DNA of 64,000 bases from Pristiophorus japonicus. Taxonomy: Eukaryota. Shown piece after piece: positions 49,210 through 60,282 of this stretch (its first letter is position 1; the number at the start of each line of letters is the position of its first letter). The notes under the pieces are model-generated. The model was not told where the DNA came from. It worked only from the letters and a program-made list of their open reading frames with translations, and ran no database searches. The stretch spans positions 80,724,001 through 80,788,000 of the forward strand of contig NC_091989.1 in assembly GCF_044704955.1 (NCBI RefSeq), given 5' to 3'. The translations under genes and the position numbers were made by a program.

Positions 49210-49860
49210 ACAGGTGGAAATTCTGTTGGGGCGTTAGCTCGGGCAGAGCGGTAAATTTTGCGCCGGGAAATGGTTTGCGTTTCCAGCCGCAAAAATTCAC
49301 CAGCTGGGCCCTGAGTGTGGGGCGGGGTGCTAAGGATGGTGTTCCACAGCTTCTTTAGGGGGCTAGGCCGGCTGAGCAAATGAAAATCCCGAGCTAAACA
49401 GCTGGCCTCGGAGCGTCCTAAGAGAGGCTTCCGTGAAAAAAAATCTGAAAAAAAACCCACCAAAAACAATTCCAATACATTCCTGACGCCACATACCATG
49501 TGAATCGCAAAAATAAAAACATTTAAAGCCAATCACACTTACCTCAGGGCGACATTCCTTCCCTTACTGCGGCCACTACAGCTCGGACTGCCCGCTTTCC
49601 CAGGCGGTCCCACCAGGGGGCGCTGCGGGGGCGCTGCGGATTGGATGAATTTCAGATATCGAGCCGGTGTCACAACCAGGGGGCGTTGCACACCGGCTCG
49701 CCTCTCCTGGGCGGTAATGCTCCGTGCCCCCGCAAACCCAGCACCGAGTGTCCCGGCAGGGAGCTGGAAGATGGCCGCCCGCCCGGAAATGTTTCCCGCT
49801 GCAATTACCGCCCCTCTGGGGCAAAAACAGAGGCAGCAACAGACTGAAAATCCAGCCCCA
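49210..49860 (-). mobile_element. GC-rich non-autonomous element, same family as 17260
   Basis: Reverse-complement match; ends aaaatccagcccc. Confidence 0.72.
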
Positions 49861-50001
49861 TGCATATGGCTCCCACTCAGGTTTACAGATCCCGGAGAAT
49901 GATTGGGAACGGAATAGGCGGGACACTGGATCAAATGACCAATGTGCTCTGCTTGATCCTGGAGCCAGTGGAACATCTAAGCACATTTCACTTCAACCTA
50001 C

Positions 50002-50164
50002 CTGAGACGCTGCGAAGTCCAGCTTTTCCAGTCCAACTCCATACCTGTTCCTGTTGGTCAACAACTCAAGCCTTTTCCTTTCCAACAGGTTTTTAAATAT
50101 CTTAATCAGTTCGAGGTAGGACGTGGGTGTGACGTAAGTTCTCCTTTGAAGAGATGCATAGAAT
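50002..50164 (-). CDS. Dynein heavy chain exon 3 of 11 (not in ORF track)
   Basis: 163 nt, FYASLQRRTYVTPTSYLELIKIFKNLLERKRLELLTNRNRYGVGLEKLDFAASQ. Acceptor ctccag, donor gtagg, phase 2/0. Confidence 0.95.
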
Positions 50165-50194
50165 CTGGAGACGGCAACATTTTTAGCAAGTTAA

Positions 50195-51480
50195 CAAAAA
50201 GCAGAACACTGCAGATGCTGGAAATCTGAAATAAAAACAGAAAATGCTGGAAATCTCAGCGGGTCAGGCAGCATCTATGGAGAGAGAGACAAGAACGTAA
50301 GAAATAGGAGCAGGAGTCAGCCATTTGGCCCCTCGAGCCTGCTCCGCCATTCAACAAGACCATGGCTGATCTGATCATGGACTCAGCTCCACTGCCCTGC
50401 CCATCCCTTATCTGTTTATCACCACCTTAAATATATTCAATGACCCAGCCACCACAGCTCTCTGGGATAGAGAATTCCACAGATTTACAACCCTCAGAGA
50501 AGAAATTCCTCCTCACCTCAGTTTTAAATGGGTGGCCCCTTATTCTGAGACTATGTCCCCTAGTTTTAGTTTCCCCCATGAGTGGAAACATTCTCTCTGC
50601 ATCCAACTTGTTCAGTCCTCACATTATCTTATATGTTTCAATAAGATTACATCTCATTCTTCTGAACTCCAATGAGTATAGGCCTACCCTACTCAATCTA
50701 TCTTCATAAGTCAACCCCCTCATCTCTGGAATCAACCTAGTGAACCTTCTCTGAACAGCCTGCAATATAAGTATATCCTTCCTTAAATACGGAGACCAAA
50801 ACTGCATGCAGTACTCCAGGTGTGGCCTTATAATGCCCTGTACAGTTGTAGCAGGACTTCTCTGCTTTTATATTCTATCCCCCTTTGCAATAAAGGCCAA
50901 CATTCCATTTGCCTTCCTGATTACATGCTGTATCTGCATACTAACTTTTTGTGTTTCATGCACAAGGACCCCCAGGCCCTTCTGTACTGCAGCACTTTGC
51001 AATTTTTCTCCATTTAAATTATAATTTGCTTTTCTATTATTTCTGCTAAAGTGGATAACCTCACATTTTCCCACATTATACTCCATCTGTCAAATTTTTG
51101 CCCACTCACTTAACCTGTCTATATCCCTTTGCAGATTTTTTGTGTCCTCCTCACAATTTGCTTTTCCACCCATCTTTGTATCATCAGCAAACTTGGCTAC
51201 ATTACACTCGGTCCCTTCATCCAAGTCATTAATATAGATTGTAAATAGTTGAGGACCCAGCACCGATCCCTACTGTTTGCCAACTGGAAAATGACCCATT
51301 TATCCCAACTCTCTGTTTTCTGTTAGTTAGCCAATCCTCGATCCATGCAAACAGAGTTAATATGTTTCAGGTCGATGACCTTTCGTCAGAACCTCGCGAC
51401 CTGAAGCGTTACCCGTCCTTCCTTTCTCCACAGATGCTGTCTGACCTGCTGAGTGTTGCCATGATCTTCGGCTTTTATTT
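50195..51480. mobile_element. Palindromic Penelope-like terminal-repeat element split by a CR1 (50195-50289 and 51349-51480)
   Basis: ctcagcgggtcaggcagcatctatggaga vs tctccacagatgctgtctgacctgctgag form inverted arms; hammerhead-like core near the centre. Confidence 0.55.
50290..51348 (-). mobile_element. CR1 LINE 3' part inserted in a palindromic Penelope-type repeat
   Basis: CR1 ORF2 C-terminal peptides and 3' hairpin. Confidence 0.88.
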
Positions 51481-52304
51481 AACTTCTCTGAAAACAAACA
51501 ATTTTTTCCTTTTATTAGTTCTGAAAGATAAACTGAATTAAAATTGACAAATAGAGGTGGTAATTCCTGTCGTCTATCACAAATTCAATTCTTAATGGGC
51601 ATTTAAAAAAAAATCATCATTTTGGTTTTATATTTATGCCTAATTATGTTAGAACGTCTCCACAGAATTAGAACTGACAGGTCACGTGCATGTTGTGGAA
51701 AGAGCACTCATCGCCTCTCTCGGTCCTGTCTCACTCCCTTTGTCACCAATGCCCCTCACCCTCACATAATCTCAGGTGGAGTGCGGGACTGCTCGAGACT
51801 TGAGCCCAGGAGAAAATAAGGGAAAATAGGGATTGAAGTTGCTGTGACATTTAACTAGCTGGAGTGAGTGAGGCTGATTCAATAATGCCGGCCCGGATAC
51901 AGTTGCCCTATCTCTGCCAGCACTCTCCCACTTGCCTGTTCACTCCCACATACTTTAATATTGCGGTGATTATTTGCACCATTGTTCCCACTCTCCTCTG
52001 CGCAGGCGCACTTGATCCAGTTGCATGTGCAGCGGCTGCAGACTGACCACCACGCTTTCCTCACTTTCCTCACCTCACTGCGGAGATCAGGGCATATTTT
52101 AGTGCCCTGGGGGGAGGGGGGGGAGGGGAGAGTGGATCAAAAAGGGGAGAATGGATCAAAAGAGAGAGAGAGAAGAGAGGGGATGAAAGACAAAAGTGGA
52201 TTGGGAGGAGGGGGGCGTTGTGAAGAGAGAGGAGAGTGGCTCAAAAGGGGTGAGAATACATCAAAGGAGAAAAGGGAGAGGAGCTCGGGGGTGGAGGGGA
52301 GAAG

Positions 52305-52480
52305 GTCAGGAACTCGGGGTGGGCGGTGGGTTCAGGAACTCGGGGCGGGCGGTGGGTTCAGGAACTCGGGGCGGGCGGTGGGTTCAGGAACTCGGGGCGG
52401 GCGGTGGGTTCAGGAACTCGGGGTGGGCGGTGAGTTCAAGAACTCCGGGCGGGCGGTGGGTTCAGGAACTCGGGGGTGGG
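52305..52480. repeat. 26-bp G-rich minisatellite, about 6-7 copies
   Basis: Unit gggcggtgggttcaggaactcggggc. Confidence 0.88.
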
Positions 52481-53289
52481 GAGAAAGTCAGGAACTTGTT
52501 GGGGGGAAAGAATGTCCTAACCCATGAGGGTGAGCCCTGTTTATGCTCTGAAAGCAGCGCTGTGAGCTCTGTCTGGAACCTGGCAGTCAGAATGAATGGA
52601 TCAAATTGCACATTGTAAAGTACTTGATTACTCAGGCAGGCAGGATCTAATTACACATTGCAGACAAACAGCGGGGTGTGTCCTGTCCTCCATGGGGACC
52701 AATCAGAAATCTGCTCTTGCAATCCAAGGAGGCCAATCAGAACTTGATGTTGCAACACACTGCCCTTTAATAACCCACCCAGTCTAATCCCATCCCCCTG
52801 TACCCATTAATATACCACCCAGTCTAATCCCACTCACCTACTCAATCCCACATCCTTTAATATCCCACCCAATCTAATCCCACTCTTCTACTCTACCTCT
52901 ATACCCTTTAAAATTTATCTTATTCACGTGACACTCTAATTCTCATTTATAATAATTGATCATTCTTTTTGAATGATGGTTTATGGTAGAAAATACTACA
53001 TTTTACCCCCTTTCTAGATAAATAATTTTACTCCAACCTCCCCCATAGATTGTTCCTGTTTGGGGAATGGGTGAATCCAGTGTGTGTGATGGGTGGCACC
53101 CATTGAATCCTGGGTCAGGTTTGTGGCAGTACAATAGGAGTTTATTGTGCTGTTAGATTGTGTCTCGATGGTCTGAGACATTGTGATGCACCCAGCTGTA
53201 GCTATAATATCACTGTATGGGCAGATCACCAGCGATGGGTGTTGGTACAGGCAGTGCGTCTGAATCTCCTCCGCACCCTTTCCAACCTT

Positions 53290-54100
53290 AGAGAGAGTGC
53301 AGGGGAGATTTACTGGAATGGTCCCAGGAATGAGGGACTTCAGATATTTGGAGAGACCAGAGTAGCTGGGGTTGTTCTCCTTAGAGCAGAGACAGTTAAG
53401 GGGAGATTTAGCAGAAAAGCTAAAATGATGACTAGATCAGGAGAAACTGTTTCAATTGAACAGGAGGGCTGATAACCAGAGGACACAGATTTAAAATAAT
53501 TGGCAAATTAAAGGGGAGATGAGGAGAATTTATTTTGCTCAATGAGTTGTGATCTGGAACCCGCTGCCTGAAAGGGCGGTAGAAGAAGATTCAATAGCAA
53601 CTTTCAAAAGGGAATTGAATATATATTTGTAAAAGAAAAATTTGTGGGCTATGGGGATGCAGAGAGGATATTTCCACTCATAGGGGAAACTAAAACTAGG
53701 GGACATAGTCTCAGAATAAGGGGCCACCCATTTAAAACTGAGATGAGGAGGAATTTCTTCTCTCAGAGGGTTGTAAATCTGTGGAATTCTCTGCCCCAGA
53801 GTGCTGTGGAGGCTGCGTCTTTAAATATATCTAAGGCGGTGATAGACAGATTTTTGAGCGATAAGGGAGTAAAGGGTTATGGGGAGCGGGCGAGGAAGTG
53901 GAGCTGAGTCCATGATCAGATCAGCCATGATCTTATTGAATGGTGGAGCAGGCTCGAAGGGGCCAAATAGCCGACTCCTGCTCCTATTTCTTATATTCTT
54001 ATGAAAAAGCAGTGGAGTGGGACTAATTGGATAGCTCTTTCAAAGAGCCGGCACAGGCACGATAGGTCGAATGGCCTCCTTCTGTGCTGTAAGATTCTAT
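53290..54100 (+). mobile_element. Nested CR1 3' fragments
   Basis: TRGHSLRIRGHPFKTEMRRNFF; two CR1 tails (about 54002 and 54100). Confidence 0.8.
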
Positions 54101-54629
54101 GCATTAGAGTGAGCACCACCAGCTCCATAAACCTGAAATACTTCTGGGTTGCATGTCGTATTAGAAGTGTGGTGTAACCAAAGTGTTAGGCCCAAGTGTA
54201 TCAAACAGCTGGAGGCTGATCACAGTGTGACATACGCAGTATGCCCACAACAAAAGGGGGTAGGATTTCCCTGAAGCCTATATAAATTGCAATCGTTTAG
54301 GACCTCTGTCGTCTGCACAGAACGCGGCTGTCAAATCAGGCACACTAAAGGCAAAATACTGCGGATGCTGGAAATACTCAGCGGGTGCATTTCCAGCATT
54401 GTCTCTTCAAATTTCTGTCAAATCAGTGCTCGCTTCAAAAAAGCTCATCGCAATTCTTCCTCTATTGTGCCCTTTCTTCTAACAAAGTTACAGTGCTGAC
54501 ACTGAAACGTTGTGCTTCAGTGTGGGAGCTGTGTAACAAAAGAACTAAAAATACCCTGTCGAAGTTTTCTTTGATAAATCAGTTAAACGTACAACATAAT
54601 GTCTCTGCCTGTCCCTAGTTTGGGTGGAT

Positions 54630-55810
54630 ATTAAGGAAACGCGGCGCACTTACCGTGTTTGAGCTGTTTTCACCGCCGCGGTGGCCTCTTGAATGAAATT
54701 CCGCTATTTCACTTTTTTTCCCGGCGGACCAGAAGTCGGTCATAATGGGGGCAGAAGGGCGGTGGTGAGCGAAAGTCCGTACACTAGAGGGGCGGAAGTT
54801 GGGGAAGCGGAAGGAGTGTCCGCTGATGTCACTCATCAGCGTAGCGCTGATGACGTCATCGTGCTGGTGCATCACCACGTCTCTCCCCTTCACTTAAAGG
54901 GGAGGGCCGCTGCGAGCTCTGTGATTATTTTAGTTCAGACCACCGGGCCACCAGGGAGGGTTCCGGCTGGCACCCAACAGGGGGTACCAGGCTGCCTGTT
55001 GGCAGCCCGGCCGAACGTGGAGGGGCATAATTGTCGGCTCGACATGGCAGTCGACCGACAAGAAAAAGTAAGATGGCGGCCGCGGCGGTGCGCCCTCCCC
55101 TTTAATGGTGACCGCACCGCAATTTTGAACATGCTGCACCAGCAGGAAAAGCTGCACCGAGCGGTGGAAGCAAGATTTTCTCGGTGGAATCTCACATTCA
55201 GGGGAAACATCGGCAGTGCGTGCACTGATGACGCACTTCGGACGGAGCGGCAGCAGCGAAGCGGTGGGGGGGGGGTGGCGGGTGGGGGTGGGAAGCGGGT
55301 CACCGGCGGGATACTGCAGGAGCGGAATTTCCAAAATGGTGGCTATTTCACAAAAAATCGGCGGCCATTGCACTCTGTAGCATGGCCGCCAATTTCCAGC
55401 ATTTACAGGCCTTAAGGGAAGAGGCAATTACGGCCCCCTAAACGTCCCATGCCTGTCTCAGGCCTAGAAATTAGCCTCCTCAGCACCTCCCGTTTTCGCC
55501 TCCAGTGTCAATACTGGGGCGCTAAATATTAGCGACCGGGCGCGGTGAGAAGATTGACCCCCGCTGTATTCGGCGGCAGATTTGCGGCAGCGGTACGGTG
55601 TTGCACCCAGATCGCCTTCGCCCGGAGATCGCGTCACCATCGCCATGCGCATCGCCCCGGTAATGCCCCGAACCCAAACATGGATTCTGCCCCCTGCAGC
55701 ATCGCTGGGCGTAAACACCGACAGCTGCAGGAGGCGTGGATCGGGACGCCGGGCGTTTCGGGGGCGGCGCTTAAAGGCCAGGTGTCCGAGGTAAGCAAAT
55801 CTCAAATGCT
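54630..55810. mobile_element. CpG-rich non-autonomous DNA-transposon-like repeats (probably two elements)
   Basis: Abrupt GC/CpG-rich block with internal palindromes and no credible protein; similar in character to 1-265 and 17260-17877. Confidence 0.45.
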
Positions 55811-56097
55811 CTCTTTGAATTTTTTTCCCTGTTTTTCCCTCGCGATCGATGTCCCAAGTCTCAATGTTCGAGTGAGATATTAAAGAGCTAAAGTTGTTAA
55901 CCAATCTGCATCTATTTGTAAGAACATGAAGATTGTTAAACAGCTTGATGAAAATGTTCTCGCCACTTCAATTGATTCCATTCCAACACATAATCCCGAT
56001 GAATTTGTTCTTTCAGTGAAACGTCATTAGCAGAGAATTTATCGGTTATACAACTGAATTCAGTTCAGAGGAACACTTTCCAATGGCTGACGGGCAC

Positions 56098-56231
56098 CTT
56101 TCAGAGAGAGCAACGACACTCTGATGGAAATGTTTACACATGAGCACAGCTTCATTCCGGATTTCCTGCGACATTTCAACATCATCTAGGAAATGGTTTG
56201 CCACTTTCTCCAAGGCATCTTCAGGCCAGGC
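56098..56231 (-). CDS. Dynein heavy chain exon 2 of 11 (not in ORF track)
   Basis: 134 nt, AWPEDALEKVANHFLDDVEMSQEIRNEAVLMCKHFHQSVVALSE(R). Acceptor ttgtag, donor gtgccc, phase 0/2. Confidence 0.93.
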
Positions 56232-56439
56232 CTACAACATATAGACGAGGATACATTAGAATACATCCACAGCTCTGTCCATCGGTGGGACATTGATAGA
56301 CACAGGTTCAGTGTGACAGATTGGCTCACTGTGAGGCACTATGGTCCAGATCTTTCTCCTTGCACCAAAGTGGGTTGTTGAGGGACTTCTGCTAGCCAGC
56401 TCTGACCTTTGACCCTTCTCCGGAGTCAGGGTCAATCAC

Positions 56440-56876
56440 ATACGTAGAGGAAAGATTGGACATCTGGGGTTGTTTTCTTTGGAACAGAGAAGGCTGAGGG
56501 CAGACCTTATTGAGGTGCAAACAAACATGAGAGGCCTGGATAGAGTGGATAGGACGGACCTATTTCCCTTGGCAGAGGGGTCAACAAACAGGGGCATAGA
56601 TCTAAAGTAATTGGGGGTTTAGCGGCAATATGAGGGGAAATTTCTTCACCCAGAGGATGGTGAGGGTCTGGAACCCACTGCCTGAAAGGGTGGTAGAGGC
56701 AGAAACCCTCACCACATTTAAAAAGTACTTGGATGTGCACTTGAAGTGCGGTAATCTACAGGGCTACGGACCAAGAGCTGGAAAGTGGGATGAGGCTGGG
56801 TAGCTCTTGGTCGGCCGACACGGACACAATGGGCCGAATAGCCTCCTTCCGTGCTGAAAATTTCTATGATTCTATG
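56440..56876 (+). mobile_element. CR1 3' fragment
   Basis: FSLEQRRLR and FFTQRMVRVWN; (ATTCTATG)n tail. Confidence 0.8.
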
Positions 56877-57777
56877 AAAATGGAAAATTTCAGGAGGGAA
56901 ATCCAAGCCAGCACTTTCTTTCAAGTAAAGAGACCAAATTCATTAATAAATCAGTTTACAAATCAACTGTCTCATTAGAACATTCTAATTAATCACACAA
57001 CCCAGGAACACTCTAATTAATCACACATCCTACCGACAACAGGCTGTCATTATACAATTTGCAGCTGACTAGTTCTAATACTTTAATGGCTAAACTCTCA
57101 CATTCTGTGATGTGGTGGCACAGATGGGTTTATTCAGAAACTCTCTTTGTAAGTTATATCTTCCGCCAACACTAGTCAGCAGGGTGCTGGAGCAAGGAAT
57201 CTGACTGAGCAATACATTATTAATTCTGGCTCGAGGCTTCAATGACATCTCACATCCCTTTTCCAGGGAATTATTTACTCCTTGATGTCAGAAGAGTAAC
57301 ACTAATTCAAAATGAATTGACCCCTGTTGACAAATTTATCAACTCAACTTCCAGTTGCTAAACCTGTTGACGAATGTAAATAGACATACATTGATTATTG
57401 CTCTGTAGTTGACAATCTAGCCCTCTTTAATACCTTCGGAGTGAACATTAGAACAGCCCCTGGATACTGCTCTGCCATTCTATTAGCTCATGGCTAGTCT
57501 GTAACTCAACTCCATCTACCCACCTTTGCTCTATATCCCTGGATACGCTTACCCAACAAAGGTCTATGCAAATCAGTTTTAAAAGCTGCAATGCACAAAA
57601 CTGCTGTGCTAAATATTGCGGTTAGATATAAGGAAAATGTTAGCCATTATTCAGCTACTAAAGCTCAGTTAAACACTCCGCTAAATCCGTTAGTGGGGAA
57701 CACTAACAGCATGGGCAGACACTACATCAACAGAAAGCTTGCAGATAATAGTTGATGCCCATTGCTTATTCCTGCTT

Positions 57778-58690
57778 TAGAAACATAGAAACATAGAAAC
57801 ATAGGACTCAATTTTCCCCAGTATTTGCACTGTTTTTGAGAGCGAGAGAGAGGTAAGATGGTGCTATGTGTTTTTCAATCCTTTTAATGTGTTGGGAGCT
57901 GGCTGTATGTTTCACTTTGCAGCCTCAGGTCACATTGTGTCCCTGGTTACCATGGCAACCCCATCTTTTTGGCGCAGATCAAGGTTCCATCCCCCTCAGG
58001 TTCGGCCACACCAAAATGAAGAGATCCAACGGGGAAAATTACAACACATTTTTTTGGGGCATACTTGGGCCCTAAAAAAAAATCGGGCGTAACCCTTCAA
58101 GTACGGCAAAAAAATGCTTTGGGGAAAATTGAGCCCATAGAAACATAGAAATTTACAGCGCAGAAGGAGGCCATAACGGCCCATCGTGTCCGCGCCGGCC
58201 GACAAAGAGCCGCACGGTCCTTGGTCAGCAACCCTAAAGGTTACATATAAACCCATGAACAATGACAGAAAGGCAAAGAGCACCCAGCCCAACCAGTCCG
58301 CCTCATACAACTGCGACACACCTTACACTTGAAATATTCTACACTCCACCCCAACCGGAGCCATGGGATCTCCCGGGAGAGGCAAAAACCAGATAAAAAT
58401 CCAGGCCAATTTAGGGAGAAAAAATCTGGAAAAATTCCTCTCTGACCCATCCAGGCGATCGAAACTAGTCCAGGAGATCACCCTGGACTTATTCAATTCC
58501 CTGCAGTGATACCATTATATCTGCACCGGCCAACAAGAGGTTATCCAGTCTAATCCCAATTACCAGCTCTAGGTCCGTAACCCTGCAGGTTACTGCACTT
58601 TAAGTGCCCATCTAACCATCTCTTATAAGTGGTGAGGGTTTCTGCATCCACCACTCTTCCAGGCAGCGAGTTCCAGACCCCCACAACCTC
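57778..58690 (-). mobile_element. CR1 3' end with compound 3' UTR; tail interrupted by the MITE
   Basis: (TTTCTATG)n tail; the body matches both 56650-56876 and 35450-35710. Confidence 0.7.
57804..58136 (+). mobile_element. Harbinger/Tourist-type MITE, 333 bp, sharing TIRs with the element at 23539-32212
   Basis: GGACTCAATTTTCCCCA ... TGGGGAAAATTGAGCCC, flanked by 3-bp ATA duplication (57801-03, 58137-39). Inserted in a CR1 (ATAGAAAC)n tail. Confidence 0.88.
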
Positions 58691-58710
58691 GATTTAGCCT
58701 ATTTGGGCCC

Positions 58711-60065
58711 TATAATGTATTTGCTTCATGGGTTCTTTGCTTAAGAATTCATAGCAACACCTTGCTATTAAGAACTAGTTGGTTTATCAGCAAAAGGTTT
58801 AACAATCACATTACACATTACCAGTTCATCCACCAGCCCCATCGTGTATTCCCCGAACCCAACTGGCTGGGGTTTTATTGAGTCTTGTGAACACCACGTG
58901 ACTGGCTAAGCCGCTCCCAACTCAACAGCTCTACAACTATTTTGAGCATAACTTTAAATCAAGTTTCCCAGGAGATCACATGGCTCCAGTTGGGGTGGAG
59001 TGTAGAATGTTCTAGTATAAGGGGTGTCGCAGTTGTGTGAGGTGGATTGGTTGGGCTGGGTGCTCTTTGTCTTTCTGACATTGTTCATAGGTTTATATGT
59101 AACCTTTAGGGCTGTTGACCGAAGACTTGCGACTCTTTGTCGGCCGCCACAGACACGATGGGCCGGAATGGCCTCCTTCTGCGCTGTAAATTTCTATGTT
59201 TCTAAGTATCCCCTTTTGGCAAGGGCTCTAGAACCCACAAATTAACAAATAAAACTTTAAAGGAAACTTAAATCAAATTAAAATTTGGTTGCCAGGGGTG
59301 ATGATGCACTCCAGTCCCTCCGGCGCCCACCTCTCGCGGAAGGCCGTGAGTGTACCGATGGACACCGCGTGCTCCATCTCCAGGGACAACCTGGCTCAGA
59401 TGTAACCACGGAAGAGAGGCAGGCAGTCGGGCTGAATGACCCCGTCGACCGCCCGCTGCCTGGACCGGCTGATGGCCCCCTTGGCCAGGCCCAGGAGCAG
59501 TCCTACGAGGAGGCCTTCCAACCTGCTCGCTCCCCTCCGCACAGGGTGCCCAAAGATCAGGAGTGTGGGACTGAAGTGCAACCAGCATTTGAGGAGCAGC
59601 CCCTTCAGATATTGGAAGAGGGGCTGCAACCTCGCACATACAATTAAAACGTGGAACACGGACTCCTCCAGACCACAGAAATGACAGGCGCCTGGGAATC
59701 CGTGAACCAACTTAAAAACTTATTGCACGGGACTGCTCCTTGCACCACCCTCCAGGCCAAGTCCCCGATAAATAGAGGGAGGACTCCCGCTTGGAGTGCG
59801 CTCCATTGGGGAACCCTGCCTCCTCTGGAAGCAAGATGGTGCACCATGGCATGTCCGGACAGCAGACAAGGATGGCAACGTGGAGAGTGTGCAAGAGCAG
59901 CCCGTACAGGAATCCCCTCCGTGCAGAACTGAAAGGCACGGAAGGGATTTCCTGGAGGAGGCTCAAGTTGTGAGGCAATGGCTCCCGAGGGAGGTTTCGG
60001 GGCTTGGCGCCGATGAGGAATTCCATCCGGACGGGTAAACAGCTCTACAACTAGCATCGCCACAG
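58711..60065 (-). mobile_element. Solo LTR (48444 family) containing a Tx1 insertion
   Basis: Same LTR, interrupted at the same site; short decayed 5' remnant after 60053. Confidence 0.8.
58940..60037 (-). mobile_element. Tx1/L1-clade LINE 3' fragment with a CR1 piece (about 58963-59205) in its 3' UTR
   Basis: zf-RVT CHFCGLEESVFHVLIVC; TSD AACAGCTCTACAACTA (58924, 60038). Confidence 0.87.
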
Positions 60066-60090
60066 GTGCAGACATCAGAGGCCGAGTTAC

Positions 60091-60282
60091 CTGAAACCAA
60101 TCGATGGTGCAGCAGTTAATGAGGGCTGGGAACTGGCGCAGGCGATTGCAGAAGGCCTGCCCTACGGGACTGAACACCAGCATCAGGTGCAGGTTCTGCT
60201 GAATTCTTTCGGTGAACCTGTTGTACACGTTGACGGAGGTAACGTCAAGCTTGCTTTTCTCCACAGGTGCCAGCTGACTCAT
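60091..60282 (-). CDS. Dynein heavy chain exon 1 of 11 in window (AAA4 C-terminal part)
   Basis: 192 nt, MSQLAPVEK...FPALINCCTIDWFQ. Acceptor ctgccag, donor gtaac, phase 0/0. Confidence 0.93.

Larger units (their letters stand above)
1035..60282 (-). other. DNAH3-like: Axonemal dynein heavy chain gene, inner-arm DNAH3/7/12 group, internal part (11 exons; gene extends beyond both window ends)
   Basis: 11 exons with GT-AG boundaries and compatible phases total 1767 nt = 589 codons with no stop. Motifs include CCTIDWF, WPEDAL, YVTPTSYLELI, DFAASQ, FDKDNIPP, SSACEGLC, GLGGEKERW and RWPLMIDPQGQANKW. The family is secure; the paralog (DNAH3 vs 7 or 12) is from recall only. Confidence 0.9.

Noticed and set aside
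54630-55810. CpG-island promoter or nested gene (240-aa ORF)
   Set aside because: No recognisable protein; sharp edges and palindromes fit GC-rich non-autonomous elements. A promoter role is not formally excluded.
18193-60091. Both LTR+Tx1 composites lie within about 35 bp of dynein exon edges
   Set aside because: Only two cases, at opposite splice-site types, with no mechanism; treated as coincidence.
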